This document shows, piece by piece, positions 1 through 10,718 of a DNA stretch of 64,000 nucleotides (the stretch's first letter is position 1; each line of letters begins with the position of its first letter). The notes beneath the pieces were generated by a model. The model made no database searches and was not told where the DNA came from. It saw only the letters and a program-made list of their open reading frames with translations. Source of the stretch: an uncultured bacterium (lineage in GTDB: Bacteria; Babelota; Babeliae; Babelales; Vermiphilaceae); the NCBI GenBank assembly GCA_963695335.1, contig OY968764.1:800001-864000 (forward strand), written 5' to 3'. The translations under genes and the position numbers were made by a program.

Positions 1-171
1 TCTTTTGCCACCCATCTACTCAATCAAGGTGCTGATTTACGTGCAGTGCAAGAATTGCTTGGACATAAAACTCTTGCAACAACGGAGAAATATACGCATG
101 TTTCTTTAGAAAAAATTTCTCAATTATGTGAAAGTGTTCATCCCATTAATAAGATGATGAAGAAGAAATAA
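1..171 (+). CDS. Tyrosine recombinase XerC/XerD, C-terminal part (truncated by window start)
   Basis: Frame 1 reads [34 protein letters not shown], the Xer box II with LLGH and the catalytic Tyr; stop at 169-171. Confidence 0.9.
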   Translation, partial: SFATHLLNQGADLRAVQELLGHKTLATTEKYTHVSLEKISQLCESVHPINKMMKKK

Positions 172-175
172 CGGT

Positions 176-1894
176 ATGATGTTATCAACTGCAACGATTA
201 ATAAAAAAAATATTATTATTTTTGCTGTGACGGCTTTGAGCTTTGGAATTATTTTTTTGCGTCTTATGTTTTTGCAAATTTATTGTGGTGAATATTTTGT
301 ATCACGCAGTGAGAAAAACTTTATTCGATACACAACGGTTGATTCTCCGCGTGGCAGTATTCGTGATGTGAATGGTAATTTGTTAGCAACAAACCGTCCC
401 GTAGCTGCGCTCTATTGGCAAGGGACGGGCAATAAAACTTTATCGCAAGAACAATTAGTAATTCTAAAAACAGTGGAAGATATTACCGGTACTGTGCTTA
501 CATCAGGAGCATTATATGATGCAATTACAGCTGCTGAAAAGAAGAGAAAAAAAACAGAACTGCTCGTAGACATCGATTTTATTTGTCTGAGTAAATTAGC
601 AGAAGCGTTTCCTAATCATGAAAATATTATTATCGATACTCATTTTAAACGGTTTTATCCGTATAATGCATGTGGAAGTCACATTGTTGGATATTTGGGT
701 AATATGACTGCACGTACACATGGTCAGTTTGGGTTAGAAAAAATATTGAATGATGATTTGACGGGCAAAAAAGGGCTTGTGCGTAATGTGGTTAATTCAA
801 CAGGGCAATGCATATCGCAAGAAGAGCTTGAAAGTGCTCTTATTGGAAGTGATATTCAAACAACTCTTGATATTAATATGCAAGATTTGTGCGAAAAAGT
901 GTTTCCCGAACATTGCACAGGAAGCTTTATTTTGCTCAACCCCGCAGATGGTTCTATTGTTGCGCTTGTGTCTCGTCCTAATTTTGATCCAAATATTTTT
1001 CTTGATCCTATGTCATACCAAACATGGCAGGGATTGCAAGAAAAGAATCCATTTATTAATCGTGCCTTTGACGCAAGTTATCCTTCAGGTTCTACCTTTA
1101 AGCTTGTCACTATTAGCGCTGCACTTGAACATGGAATGATTACTGAACATGATACATGGAATTGCAAAGGGTATACGTTATTTGGCAAGCGCAAATATTG
1201 GTGTGCGCATCGAGCTGGGCATGGTGAAATAAGCATTAAAAAAGCTGTCGCGCAATCGTGTAATACACTGTTTTATGAAATAGGTAAAAAAATAGATATT
1301 GATACGCTTGCTGAGTATGCATATAAATTTGGATTAGGTAAAAAAACGAACATGCTTTTTCCAGAAAAAATGGGATTGATTCCTAACCGAGCATGGAAGT
1401 TTGATTATAAAGGTGAGCGCTGGTGGCCGGGAGAAACATTATCTGTCACCATTGGCCAAAGTTTTTTGCTCGTGACACCAATTCAAATTGCATGTATGAT
1501 TGCGAGTATTTTTAGTGGATATCTTACCGTGCCACGTTTACTTATTGATGAACCTGTTGTGTCGACTCCTTTAGAATTGAAACCAGAGACAATTAATTTT
1601 TTAAAGAAATCGATGAAAGCGGTGATTAAAAGTGGTACAGGTAAAAGTATTAAGGCGGTGAAAGATATTACGATCTATGCAAAGACAAGTACAGCGCAAA
1701 CAAGTGATATTAGTAAACGTAAACTTGATAGAAGGTATTTAGAGCATGGATGGTTTGTGGGCCATTTTCAGTATAAAGAACATGACCCACTTGTTATTGT
1801 TATTCTTGTTGAACATATTGGAACTGCGCAAGTTGCAACAACAGTTGCTAAGAATTTTTTGGTTGAATATAAGAAGTATATGAATGCTTGCTAA
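176..1894 (+). CDS. mrdA: Penicillin-binding protein 2 (class B transpeptidase)
   Basis: N-terminal TM, PRGxIxDxNG dimerisation motif, SxxK (STFK), SCN and KTST motifs. Confidence 0.9.
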   Translation: MMLSTATINKKNIIIFAVTALSFGIIFLRLMFLQIYCGEYFVSRSEKNFIRYTTVDSPRGSIRDVNGNLLATNRPVAALYWQGTGNKTLSQEQLVILKTVEDITGTVLTSGALYDAITAAEKKRKKTELLVDIDFICLSKLAEAFPNHENIIIDTHFKRFYPYNACGSHIVGYLGNMTARTHGQFGLEKILNDDLTGKKGLVRNVVNSTGQCISQEELESALIGSDIQTTLDINMQDLCEKVFPEHCTGSFILLNPADGSIVALVSRPNFDPNIFLDPMSYQTWQGLQEKNPFINRAFDASYPSGSTFKLVTISAALEHGMITEHDTWNCKGYTLFGKRKYWCAHRAGHGEISIKKAVAQSCNTLFYEIGKKIDIDTLAEYAYKFGLGKKTNMLFPEKMGLIPNRAWKFDYKGERWWPGETLSVTIGQSFLLVTPIQIACMIASIFSGYLTVPRLLIDEPVVSTPLELKPETINFLKKSMKAVIKSGTGKSIKAVKDITIYAKTSTAQTSDISKRKLDRRYLEHGWFVGHFQYKEHDPLVIVILVEHIGTAQVATTVAKNFLVEYKKYMNAC

Positions 1895-1895
1895 T

Positions 1896-2903
1896 TCACT
1901 GCACCAAATAACGTCTAAAACTTGCTTCATTCCATTGATTGTACGTACATGAATGATCTGCATTTGTACCGTATCGTGTATCCTGTGTTAATATTGATGT
2001 AGAATAAATAGGCATATCCATTGGTGCTCCATAAAAGAGTGCAATGGTATAACGTTCAATAGCACCATGCGCTTTGTCTACGCGGTGTTCTGTTGCGCGA
2101 ATTGCATCATTTTTCACCAACTGTCCAAATTCTCCCACTTGAAACATCATAACATCCAAATCGTTAGCCATTATTTTTTTAAAAGGAACATCTGCAGATG
2201 TTCTGACAAAAAGCCCAGCTTCTTCTGGTTCAGTGATTTGTTCATCATTTACAAAATAAACAGCAGGAAGAACTACCGTAAATAAACCATGATCAAAATG
2301 TGCGCCACACCAATGAGGATTTTGGTTGTTTTCACTTTTGCGATAATACAACATTCTGCCGGTGCATGCATTATCTTCTAGATGTAATCCTGTAGCATCA
2401 CCCAGAAGGCCTATTTTGTACATGACCATTTCGCCCGTTTCAGCCATTAAGGTTCCTAATGTTTCAAATGGATCTTGTAAATTCACTTCATGTGGCCATT
2501 TATTGTGGGCATAGTTGGGGAGAAGTGCATAGTAAGATGTTTTTAAATCATCAACAATCCAGTTGCCATCTGTATTTTGGAATTTTTCTTTTCCTACTTC
2601 ATATCCAAGAAACGTGTCTCCAGCTTCTCTGTTTGGTTTGTATTGTTCTTTTATCTCTTCAGGTAATGCATGGAATGCTCGTGATGCGCTAATGAACTGT
2701 TCATATTTTTCTTTGTATCCAGGTACACCTCTGACCCCCACAATTCCTTTTGTATGCAAAGCATTGTGTAGTATTTCCAATGCGTGTGGATCTTCTTGTA
2801 TAAGTTGTTCGTATGAAATAATATCAAGATCGAGTATTTCTACTGTTTGCGCTGTTGCAAAACTATTGAGTAATAAAAAAGTCATCAGAAATGATCGCGA
2901 CAT
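1896..2903 (-). CDS. 2-oxoglutarate/Fe(II)-dependent oxygenase (IPNS-like) with signal peptide
   Basis: HFD...H metal triad (GAHFDHGLFT; TEHRV), VGE and ERYTIALF motifs. Confidence 0.8.
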   Translation of the reverse strand: MSRSFLMTFLLLNSFATAQTVEILDLDIISYEQLIQEDPHALEILHNALHTKGIVGVRGVPGYKEKYEQFISASRAFHALPEEIKEQYKPNREAGDTFLGYEVGKEKFQNTDGNWIVDDLKTSYYALLPNYAHNKWPHEVNLQDPFETLGTLMAETGEMVMYKIGLLGDATGLHLEDNACTGRMLYYRKSENNQNPHWCGAHFDHGLFTVVLPAVYFVNDEQITEPEEAGLFVRTSADVPFKKIMANDLDVMMFQVGEFGQLVKNDAIRATEHRVDKAHGAIERYTIALFYGAPMDMPIYSTSILTQDTRYGTNADHSCTYNQWNEASFRRYLVQ

Positions 2904-3056
2904 AGTAATCCTTTGATTTTTTGTGATGTTAATGGTGTATATTGTACTGAGTTTTATAAGAAAATTAAGTATTATTGTTGCGAAAAACTTTTTGATTGAA
3001 TATAAAAAGTATATGGATTTAACTTGTTGATGATATTTTTTATAAGGAGAGAGAGT

Positions 3057-3473
3057 ATGACTAAGAAAATAACTTTATTTGTTGGACTGTTTTTATTATC
3101 AGCTATGCCAGCATCTTGCGATGCAGCACCTACGCTTGCACACAGAAATTTAAAAGATAATGCAACGTTTAAAAGATTTTGTGCATCGTATTTGGGATCA
3201 GCTGTATTGGGTGGTGGAGTAGGGATGATTACTGGGAGCTTAATAAAATATTTAGAAAGTGAAATGCAAAATTATTTTTCACAAAAATTAAAAACAAATG
3301 AATTAGTTACCTTTGCGTTAATATTGTTAGGTTGGGCGCTCGAATCAGAAGTGCGTAATGATATTGTTACAGGATTGCAGGGTGATTTGGATCAATATCA
3401 GATCGATTATAAAAAAATAGTTATGTTGAGATCAGCATGGATTGCTTCATGGATTTCTTATCTTGGGTTATAG
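3057..3473 (+). CDS. Hypothetical membrane/secreted protein
   Basis: ORF with AGGAG upstream of ATG 3057, signal peptide and hydrophobic segments. Confidence 0.6.
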   Translation: MTKKITLFVGLFLLSAMPASCDAAPTLAHRNLKDNATFKRFCASYLGSAVLGGGVGMITGSLIKYLESEMQNYFSQKLKTNELVTFALILLGWALESEVRNDIVTGLQGDLDQYQIDYKKIVMLRSAWIASWISYLGL

Positions 3474-3578
3474 ATGCATTTGCTGAAAATATAATGTATC
3501 CTATTTTTTGATTTTGTATGATAGATGTTTTTGTAATGAAAACATCTATTTTTGTTGTTTTATCATGATAAGTAAAAA

Positions 3579-5234
3579 ATGAATAAAAAAGTTGTACTAG
3601 CTTTGCTGTGTATGAGTAGTCATTGTATTGGAATGCGTCAATTATCCTATTCTAAGTCAGGTCCTGAGCAAAAGCACGTTCGCTATCGCCGTAAAATAAC
3701 TGAGTTTTCAGGTAATGAAAAAAAATATGTTTGTACATTGTTAGATTATGTTCAGCATAATGGAGTGGGCCCTTTGCGAACATGGTTAAAAGATAAAGCT
3801 GAGAGAGCGTGCTGTGGTCCTGGTATGATGATTCCTTTGCCAGATATTTTACAGCGTGTATTGCGTCATCCATCAAGTGCACACATATTGCATGAAGCAG
3901 TGAAGCGTTGTTATTACAATTGTGCTGAATTGTTGCTTACATATAATGCCCATCCGAATGCAGTAGTAAAGGGAGGTGACACACCTCTTCATGTAGTCCG
4001 TAGCAGTGTGATAGTGCAGTTATTAATGGATCATGGTGCGTGTATAGAACAAAAAAATGATGCGGGTGAAACACCGTTTTTTAAATGTATTAAAAATTCG
4101 TGTTTAGATAGAGCGCGTATTTTGTACGACGCTGGTGCAGACGTTAATGCATATAATAAAGCTGGTAACACTCCTTTGCATTATGCAGCTAAGTATTTAA
4201 AGCAGGATGTAATACAATTTTTATTATATCGTGGGTCGAATATTGATTGTGTGAATACAGTTGGCGAAACGCCTTATCAAATTATACACAAACGTGGTGG
4301 ATCTGTTTTAAAAGCATTTCGAGAGTGGAAAAAATTTTTCCGCGTGATTAATGCTACCGCAAAAGAAAATAAATCTTTGTCGATTATGAGTTTGTTAGCT
4401 CATGATGCAAAGCAGTTAAAACATATTCTTATACACAATTCTGATGGATATTGTTCTCAGGATATAGCTATTGCTGAAAAATTATTTAATCAGTGCAGTG
4501 ATGAGGTTTGGGATGCATTAACATCTAACAGTTCTCAGGCTCATAAAAAATCTTTAATGCTTGCACGGTTTATACAAAATAGGTCTCGGCATCGAAAATG
4601 TTTTTTGGATGCATTGCGGAGTAATGATTTTCGTGAGGCTCATCATTATGTAGAAATAAATCCTCATTTGTTACATACATATGAAGGTGAGTATGAAAAA
4701 GATGAAGTTAATGCTCTTTTTGCGGATAAAGTTATTTATTCCTGCATAAATAATGATCAATATCATTATTTGCAAACAATGATGTATAGTGGCTTTTTTG
4801 ATCTTGATTATTGTGATGAATGGGGAACTCCGCTACTTTCTCTAGTTATTCAAAATGCTGATGGTGGTAGTAAATATCTTGAGCTATTAAAAGCTGGTGC
4901 GCCGGTGAATATAAAGGATAACTATGGTAGAACACCACTGTTTTATGCCGTAATACTGGAAAATAAAGATATGATATCACATTTATTATTATACGGTGCA
5001 GTTGTTAATCAAGATTTTGCTGAATTACTTAATTTGTCGGATGAAATGTGGATATTGATGAATGATGCATATGGCAAACAAAAATGTGTTAAATGCGAAA
5101 CTCATGATCATGATCTGGCTAGTATCCCTTGTGTGAATAGACACTTGGGACATTTTATTTGTAAGCATTGTTATAAGAAATGTTTTGGAAGATGTCCCAT
5201 GTGCCGACGTTCTATGGGAACGTTTGGTTTGTAA
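3579..5234 (+). CDS. Secreted ankyrin-repeat protein with C-terminal RING-type zinc finger
   Basis: Repeated GxTPLH/GxTPLF ankyrin motifs; C-terminal CxxC..CxxxH..CxxC..CPMCR; signal peptide. Confidence 0.85.
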   Translation: MNKKVVLALLCMSSHCIGMRQLSYSKSGPEQKHVRYRRKITEFSGNEKKYVCTLLDYVQHNGVGPLRTWLKDKAERACCGPGMMIPLPDILQRVLRHPSSAHILHEAVKRCYYNCAELLLTYNAHPNAVVKGGDTPLHVVRSSVIVQLLMDHGACIEQKNDAGETPFFKCIKNSCLDRARILYDAGADVNAYNKAGNTPLHYAAKYLKQDVIQFLLYRGSNIDCVNTVGETPYQIIHKRGGSVLKAFREWKKFFRVINATAKENKSLSIMSLLAHDAKQLKHILIHNSDGYCSQDIAIAEKLFNQCSDEVWDALTSNSSQAHKKSLMLARFIQNRSRHRKCFLDALRSNDFREAHHYVEINPHLLHTYEGEYEKDEVNALFADKVIYSCINNDQYHYLQTMMYSGFFDLDYCDEWGTPLLSLVIQNADGGSKYLELLKAGAPVNIKDNYGRTPLFYAVILENKDMISHLLLYGAVVNQDFAELLNLSDEMWILMNDAYGKQKCVKCETHDHDLASIPCVNRHLGHFICKHCYKKCFGRCPMCRRSMGTFGL

Positions 5235-5241
5235 AATAAAA

Positions 5242-5266
5242 AAAGGTACCATTTTCAGGTACCTTT
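5242..5266. terminator. Bidirectional intrinsic terminator
   Basis: AAAGGTACC-7nt-GGTACCTTT between convergent genes. Confidence 0.7.
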
Positions 5267-5278
5267 AAATTTTTTAAT

Positions 5279-5299
5279 CCTTCGACAAGCTCAGGACGA
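5279..5299. repeat. REP-like family A, single arm
   Basis: CCTTCGACAAGCTCAGGACGA, identical to the right arm of the 28319-28393 copy. Confidence 0.85.
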
Positions 5300-5312
5300 T
5301 CGGAGGTTGCTT

Positions 5313-5585
5313 TTACGCGTTTTTTGAAGCGGCTGCAACTTTTTGAGCTAATTTGCTGATTTTGCGAGCAGCGGTATTGCGGTGCAATAAACCTTTACCT
5401 TTTGCGCGAGCGATTTTGCTTTCAGCTTCAACAAGCAATGTTTTTGATGCTGCAATATTACCAGCTTCAATTGCTGCGATAACTTTTTTAACAGCAGTTT
5501 TGAGAGAAGATTTTCTTGCTTGGTTGCGAGATTGGCGTTTTACGGTTTGTAAAACACGTTTTTTTGCGGATTTAATATTTGCCAT
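5313..5585 (-). CDS. rpsT: 30S ribosomal protein S20
   Basis: MANIKSAKKR...KGLLHRNTAARKISKL. Confidence 0.97.
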   Translation of the reverse strand: MANIKSAKKRVLQTVKRQSRNQARKSSLKTAVKKVIAAIEAGNIAASKTLLVEAESKIARAKGKGLLHRNTAARKISKLAQKVAAASKNA

Positions 5586-5610
5586 AGTACATCTGACCTT
5601 GACTTAAATT

Positions 5611-5814
5611 TTAGAGAACTTTTTTAACTTTGCCTGATTTGAGGCATTTTGTGCAAACTTTTGTGCGGTGAACGTGATTTTTTGCGTCACCGGTCACAGT
5701 ATAGCGCATTGTATGCACGTTCGGGTATACCCAACGTTTTACTTTGTTATTTGCGTTACTGACCAAATTTGCTACTTGTGGGCCCTTTGAGCACACTCCA
5801 CAGATTCTTGACAT
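5611..5814 (-). CDS. rpmB: 50S ribosomal protein L28
   Basis: [23 protein letters not shown]...[10 protein letters not shown]. Confidence 0.95.
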   Translation of the reverse strand: MSRICGVCSKGPQVANLVSNANNKVKRWVYPNVHTMRYTVTGDAKNHVHRTKVCTKCLKSGKVKKVL

Positions 5815-5902
5815 GATGAATACCTTACTTTAAAGCCTATTTATTTATCTTTTAAGATATCAAAAAGAGAAAATTTTACAAGTTTTTTCCCTAATCTCCA
5901 CT

Positions 5903-5936
5903 GGGGTCCCCATTGTAATGAAGTGAAAATGGGGTT
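5903..5936. repeat. REP-like family C hairpin
   Basis: GGGGTCCCCATTGTAATGAAGTGAAAATGGGGTT; related copies at 58938-58997, 60420-60440 and 62072-62103. Confidence 0.65.
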
Positions 5937-5948
5937 TAAAAGATGGGG

Positions 5949-7781
5949 TTAAATTAACTTATGTGCCTGTCTTGGCTCTATACCCAATAAAGCATAGATT
6001 TCATCAGCATGCATGGTCTCTTTTTCAATCAAAGCGTTAGCCAATATATCCAGCTTATCACGATTGTTTTTAAGCAATGCGTACGTCTGTTCGTGATAAA
6101 GTTTGGTTAAACGTTGTACCTCAGCATCGATTTTTTCAGCAGTTTTTTGAGAATATTCAAAATCACCATGTTGCTGGCTATAGATGATGGTACCTAATTC
6201 ATCGGACATACCATAATGGGTTACCATATTACGAACTATGCGGTTTGCTGCCTGAAAATCGCTATATGCGCCCGTGGTGAGCTTATTGAATATTATTTCT
6301 TCTGCCACGCGGCCACCAAGTGCCGACATGACTGATGCTTCCATCTCTTCTTTGCTCGTGATGTATTTTTCACGTTCAGGTAAGAAATGTGTGACACCTA
6401 ATGCAGATCCACGAGGGATAATGGTTACTTTGTGCAGCGGATCAGATGTTTCCGGTAATAAAAGACGCACAAGGGCATGGCCAGCTTCATGGTACGCGAT
6501 GAGTTTTTTGTCTTCATCAGTGAGCATGATACTTTTACTTTCTTTACCGAGCATCACTTTATCGCGTGCTGCATCAAAATCATGGATAGTTACGATATCT
6601 TTATTTTCTTTTGAAGCAATGATAGTAGCTTCATTAACCAAGTTGGCAAGATCTGCGCCAGAAAACCCTGGGGTTCCTTGAGCGATCTTTTTGACATCAA
6701 GACCTTCTTCAGCCATAACATTCTTGATGTGTACGCCAAGAATTGCTTCACGGCTTTTTAAATCTGGGTAAGGAACAGTCACGATGCGGTCAAATCTTCC
6801 TGGGCGCAAGAGTGCTTTATCCAAGACATCTTTTCTATTGGTTGCAGCAATAACAATTACCGGAGTTGGAGATGTTTCAAAACCATCCATTTCAGCAAGG
6901 AGCTGGTTGAGCGTTTGTTCGCGCTCATCATTGCCGCCACCCATGCCACTGCCACGATGACGTCCAACAGCATCAATTTCATCAATAAAGATGATGCTTG
7001 GAGCATGTTTGCGTGCTTGTGCAAAAAGATCACGGACACGTGCAGCGCCTACGCCAACAAATACTTCGATAAAATTTGAACCGCTGATACTAAAGAATGG
7101 ACAGTTTGCTTCACCAGCAACGGCGCGTGCTAATAATGTTTTGCCGTTTCCTGGTTCACCCACCAGTAATACTCCGCGAGTAATTTTGGCACCAAGGCGT
7201 TCGTACTTCTGAGGATTTTTAAGAAAGTCGATAACATCTGCAAGCTCTTCTTTTGCTTCATCAGCACCAGCTACAGAGCTAAAGCGTTCTTTGATGCTTG
7301 CAGGCAAGAACATACGAGCACCACTTTTACCCATAGTAAAAATATTGCCACCACCACCATTGGCACCAGCGCTGCGAGAGCGGATAAAGTACCAAATAGC
7401 CCAGATAGCAACAAATAAACATGAGAATAAAAAGAGGTACCAGATACCCAGTTGATTGGTTGGTGAAATGACTGAAAATTCTACATTATGTTTACGTAGA
7501 CGGTCCCAATCACTCGCATTATTACCAATAACTGTTTCAAAGCGATTACCATCAGTAAAGAGACCTTCAACATCTTGCCCCGAAATATATACTTTTTTAA
7601 TGAGGTTTTGGTCGATCTTTTCTAAGAAGGTGGAATAAGAGATAACTTGAACATTTCTGCCGAGCTCAGTTAATTTATGCAGCACTAAAAGGACGCCTGC
7701 AAGAATAACAAAGGTAACGATAGCATTTTTGAGATTTTTTGGACTTGGGGTCCAGAATTTATTATTTTTGGGTTTTTTCAT
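5949..7781 (-). CDS. ftsH: ATP-dependent zinc metalloprotease FtsH
   Basis: Two TMs, Walker [19 protein letters not shown] and HEAGH. Confidence 0.97.
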   Translation of the reverse strand: MKKPKNNKFWTPSPKNLKNAIVTFVILAGVLLVLHKLTELGRNVQVISYSTFLEKIDQNLIKKVYISGQDVEGLFTDGNRFETVIGNNASDWDRLRKHNVEFSVISPTNQLGIWYLFLFSCLFVAIWAIWYFIRSRSAGANGGGGNIFTMGKSGARMFLPASIKERFSSVAGADEAKEELADVIDFLKNPQKYERLGAKITRGVLLVGEPGNGKTLLARAVAGEANCPFFSISGSNFIEVFVGVGAARVRDLFAQARKHAPSIIFIDEIDAVGRHRGSGMGGGNDEREQTLNQLLAEMDGFETSPTPVIVIAATNRKDVLDKALLRPGRFDRIVTVPYPDLKSREAILGVHIKNVMAEEGLDVKKIAQGTPGFSGADLANLVNEATIIASKENKDIVTIHDFDAARDKVMLGKESKSIMLTDEDKKLIAYHEAGHALVRLLLPETSDPLHKVTIIPRGSALGVTHFLPEREKYITSKEEMEASVMSALGGRVAEEIIFNKLTTGAYSDFQAANRIVRNMVTHYGMSDELGTIIYSQQHGDFEYSQKTAEKIDAEVQRLTKLYHEQTYALLKNNRDKLDILANALIEKETMHADEIYALLGIEPRQAHKLI

Positions 7782-7869
7782 ACAAATTCATCTGCTTTTT
7801 GAGGTTTATGAGGATATTACGAGTAAAATACCATTCTTATAGTAACACAATCATGAATTTTGTCGATGC

Positions 7870-9168
7870 CTAGCTTACCACAGGAAAATTCTGATACGTT
7901 GGTCCCCAGTGAGGGTAACTGCAAATATCTTGAGCATTTGTTATATATTTTGTTGTATGCGTGAGGAGATTAAGCGTGCAAAGTTGACTGTTTTTACCTG
8001 GAATTTCATGCGCAAACAGCAGCTGCGTTCCACAGGGCGACCAACTGGCTTCATGTTTATCGCCCGCGTTTTTAGTTAATTGTGTATGTGTTTTGGTTGC
8101 GCAATCATAGACCATAACTTGCATGGCACCTTGAATCATTTTGTGATAAGAAATTTTATGAGTCTTTGGGCAGTAGCTTGGTGTGGTGCAATATCCGCCA
8201 TGAGTGATGCGTTGTAAATGTCCTGTTTGCAGATTGCCGATATAAATTTGTGGATTACCTTTTTGAAAATCTGAACAAAAGCAAAGATGATGTTCATCAA
8301 TAAAAATAGGTGACGTATTATTTCCCGTGTTTTGTGTGCACCGTTTTAAGTTGCCATCATCAACAAGATAAATCTGACAACTTCCACTGCCGCGAGAAGA
8401 GCAATAAGAATATGATTTTCCATTCGGGGAATAGCAAGCAAGCATGTTGATACCATCAAAATTGGCAACTGGTTTTCTTTTCTTATTCATAGTAACGGAC
8501 ATCAATTCAACATTGGTGTTGGCATACTCTGAATATAAAATACGTGGTTCTGTGGTGTGCCAACGTGGTGCAACCGTAATAGTTGGTAGATTAACGAGTA
8601 ATTCTTCATTGCTGCCATCAAAATCTGCTATATAAATTTTTCGTAATGATTTACCGGCATCATTTTTTGAATCTTTACAATATGCAATGCGTGAACTGAA
8701 AAAGCCTTGATTCCCGGTTAATTTTTGGAATGTTTCATTTGCAACCGTATGCGCCCATTCACGTGCAAGAGTATTTTTTTTACTTTGTTTTTTTCCACAT
8801 ATCATAGTGCATTGCATGGTATCATATAATCGCCATGCGATACTGTTTTTTGATTCGCTGCTGATACATAAGGCAAGCGGTGTTCCGCAATTGCACAGTT
8901 GTTGCATATTTTTTTTGAGAACTTTGCTTGATGTATTTGCATCGTATTTTGTGATGGTAGCTTTAAATTGATCGGTAAATTGTAAATCTTTTTTGATAGT
9001 TGCGGCAATATCATTGAGCTGATTGTTTTTGCCATCAAGTACGATGATTGCGATTGGCATTTGCGTTTGTTGTGCACCAGAAATGGTTAATGCAATATCA
9101 TTTGCTTGCGCAGAAAATATGATCCATAAAAAGAGATACAATTTTTTCATGAAATTCCTTATATGCAT
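7870..9168 (-). CDS. tolB: Tol-Pal beta-propeller protein TolB
   Basis: TolB N-domain (I..DL..T), LTG..GFF.SRIAY, PD40 repeats (SPNGK, WSPCG); downstream of tolQRA; true start may be the internal MKKLY. Confidence 0.85.
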   Translation of the reverse strand: MHIRNFMKKLYLFLWIIFSAQANDIALTISGAQQTQMPIAIIVLDGKNNQLNDIAATIKKDLQFTDQFKATITKYDANTSSKVLKKNMQQLCNCGTPLALCISSESKNSIAWRLYDTMQCTMICGKKQSKKNTLAREWAHTVANETFQKLTGNQGFFSSRIAYCKDSKNDAGKSLRKIYIADFDGSNEELLVNLPTITVAPRWHTTEPRILYSEYANTNVELMSVTMNKKRKPVANFDGINMLACYSPNGKSYSYCSSRGSGSCQIYLVDDGNLKRCTQNTGNNTSPIFIDEHHLCFCSDFQKGNPQIYIGNLQTGHLQRITHGGYCTTPSYCPKTHKISYHKMIQGAMQVMVYDCATKTHTQLTKNAGDKHEASWSPCGTQLLFAHEIPGKNSQLCTLNLLTHTTKYITNAQDICSYPHWGPTYQNFPVVS

Positions 9169-9791
9169 TCAAGTTCTTTAATTTTTGCATCTATTTTTTG
9201 CAATAGAACTCTACTTTCGTAGAGAGCAAGGTCATTAGTACCAAGAATAAACCAAATGCATTGCTCAAATATTTCATCAATAGACATTTGAGTAAGTTCA
9301 ATAGGGAGATTGCTGTTGCGGCATATTTGACAATGTTTAGTGAAAAGAGACTGTAATAATGTTTGTAACTGTCTTGTTGTGTCTTTATCAAATTTTGACT
9401 TTGCATACGGAAGAAGATGATGAGATATTTCATCGAGAGTAAGAGGTTTTATATGAGTGCATATGAAGTTAAAGGCAGGAGTTACTCGTTCTGATGTCTT
9501 TTGTTGTAAGTGAATAGAGCTTTTGTAAAAATCGTCACTCAGGTTGCAACAAAAAATCATTCCCGTTACTTCTTCTATATCTTCTGGTGATTCGCAATCA
9601 TCGAAATCCAGCATAAGTTCTTCCCATCTATCATGCATAGTTTTCAGATGCTTTTGTAATGTAGCTTTAACATTTTGCAAATGTTTCAATAATTGGGTTT
9701 TGTTTATTTGTTTGCTTGGTATGGGATTGGTAATGGCAAAAAATGAGATAGAGCTCAGTGTTAAAAAAGCTGCGAATAGATGCTTGTTCAT
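9159..9791 (-). CDS. Hypothetical secreted protein
   Basis: 210 aa ORF with signal peptide, overlapping the tolB start. Confidence 0.6.
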   Translation of the reverse strand: MNKHLFAAFLTLSSISFFAITNPIPSKQINKTQLLKHLQNVKATLQKHLKTMHDRWEELMLDFDDCESPEDIEEVTGMIFCCNLSDDFYKSSIHLQQKTSERVTPAFNFICTHIKPLTLDEISHHLLPYAKSKFDKDTTRQLQTLLQSLFTKHCQICRNSNLPIELTQMSIDEIFEQCIWFILGTNDLALYESRVLLQKIDAKIKELECI

Positions 9792-9847
9792 CGTGGTTCT
9801 CCAAATGTTTTAAAAATGTTTGTGCGTAATTGTATCATGCCTGTTTA

Positions 9848-10697
9848 GGTTCTGTTGAGTTTTTGAAAAGATAAGTTTTGAAGTATGATAACACCGAAAA
9901 AGCAAAAACCAAATCACTAAAACGGTGCTATCATGAAAAAAGAGTATATCAGCGAAATGGCCTGGAGCAAAATTTTTAATTTTTTAAAACAGCAAAAAAA
10001 CATTTATATAAAAGAAGAAAAGGACTGTAAAAAGTTTATAGAAGGGACATTTTGGATGGCAAGAACAGGAGCACAATGGAGAGAGTTGCCGGAAAAATAT
10101 GGAAATTGGAATAGTGTGTTCAGCAGATTTAATGCTTGGTCAAAAAAACATATTTGGGAAAAATTACTCAGTTTTTGTGCAGAGGATCCCGATATGGAAT
10201 ATGTAATGATTGATGCCACGATAGTCCGCGCACATGCCTGTTCTGCTGGATATGATCAATTTAAAAATGAAGGACTGGGAAGAAGTAAAGGTGGTTTTAC
10301 AAGTAAGATACATGCAACAGTAGATGCTTTAGGCAATCCTTTAAGATTTGTTATTACTCCTGGTCAGCGTAATGATATTACTCAGGCTGATATTTTATTA
10401 AAAGATATTTCTGAATCATATGTAATAGCGGATAAAGGATATGATTCCACTGAATTACGTTCGAAATTAATAGAAAAAAATTGTGTTCCCGTTATTCCTC
10501 CAAGATCCAATCGTAAAGAACAATATCAATATGATGAACATCTATATAAAGAGAGACATGCGATTGAATGCTTGTTTTCAAAGATAAAACACTTTAGAAG
10601 AGTGTTTGCTCGTTTTGATAAATCGGCACGAAATTTTTTATCTTTTCTTTCTTTTGTGGGAACTTGCATATGGTTACGATGAAAACTCAACAGAACC
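9848..10697 (+). mobile_element. IS5-family insertion sequence (850 bp)
   Basis: Perfect 16-bp terminal inverted repeats GGTTCTGTTGAGTTTT / AAAACTCAACAGAACC, flanked by TA on both sides, enclosing a DDE transposase. Confidence 0.92.
9933..10682 (+). CDS. IS5-family transposase
   Basis: RTGAQWRELP..YG.W, IDAT.VRAH, GRSKGG.TSKIH, ADKGYD and ER..IE..F..IK.FRR motifs. Confidence 0.95.
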   Translation: MKKEYISEMAWSKIFNFLKQQKNIYIKEEKDCKKFIEGTFWMARTGAQWRELPEKYGNWNSVFSRFNAWSKKHIWEKLLSFCAEDPDMEYVMIDATIVRAHACSAGYDQFKNEGLGRSKGGFTSKIHATVDALGNPLRFVITPGQRNDITQADILLKDISESYVIADKGYDSTELRSKLIEKNCVPVIPPRSNRKEQYQYDEHLYKERHAIECLFSKIKHFRRVFARFDKSARNFLSFLSFVGTCIWLR

Positions 10698-10718
10698 TAA
10701 AATCAGTAAGTTTTTCAT

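Noticed and set aside
1..171. Prophage or island integrase
   Set aside because: Motifs and linkage to mrdA fit chromosomal XerC/D; no phage genes lie nearby.
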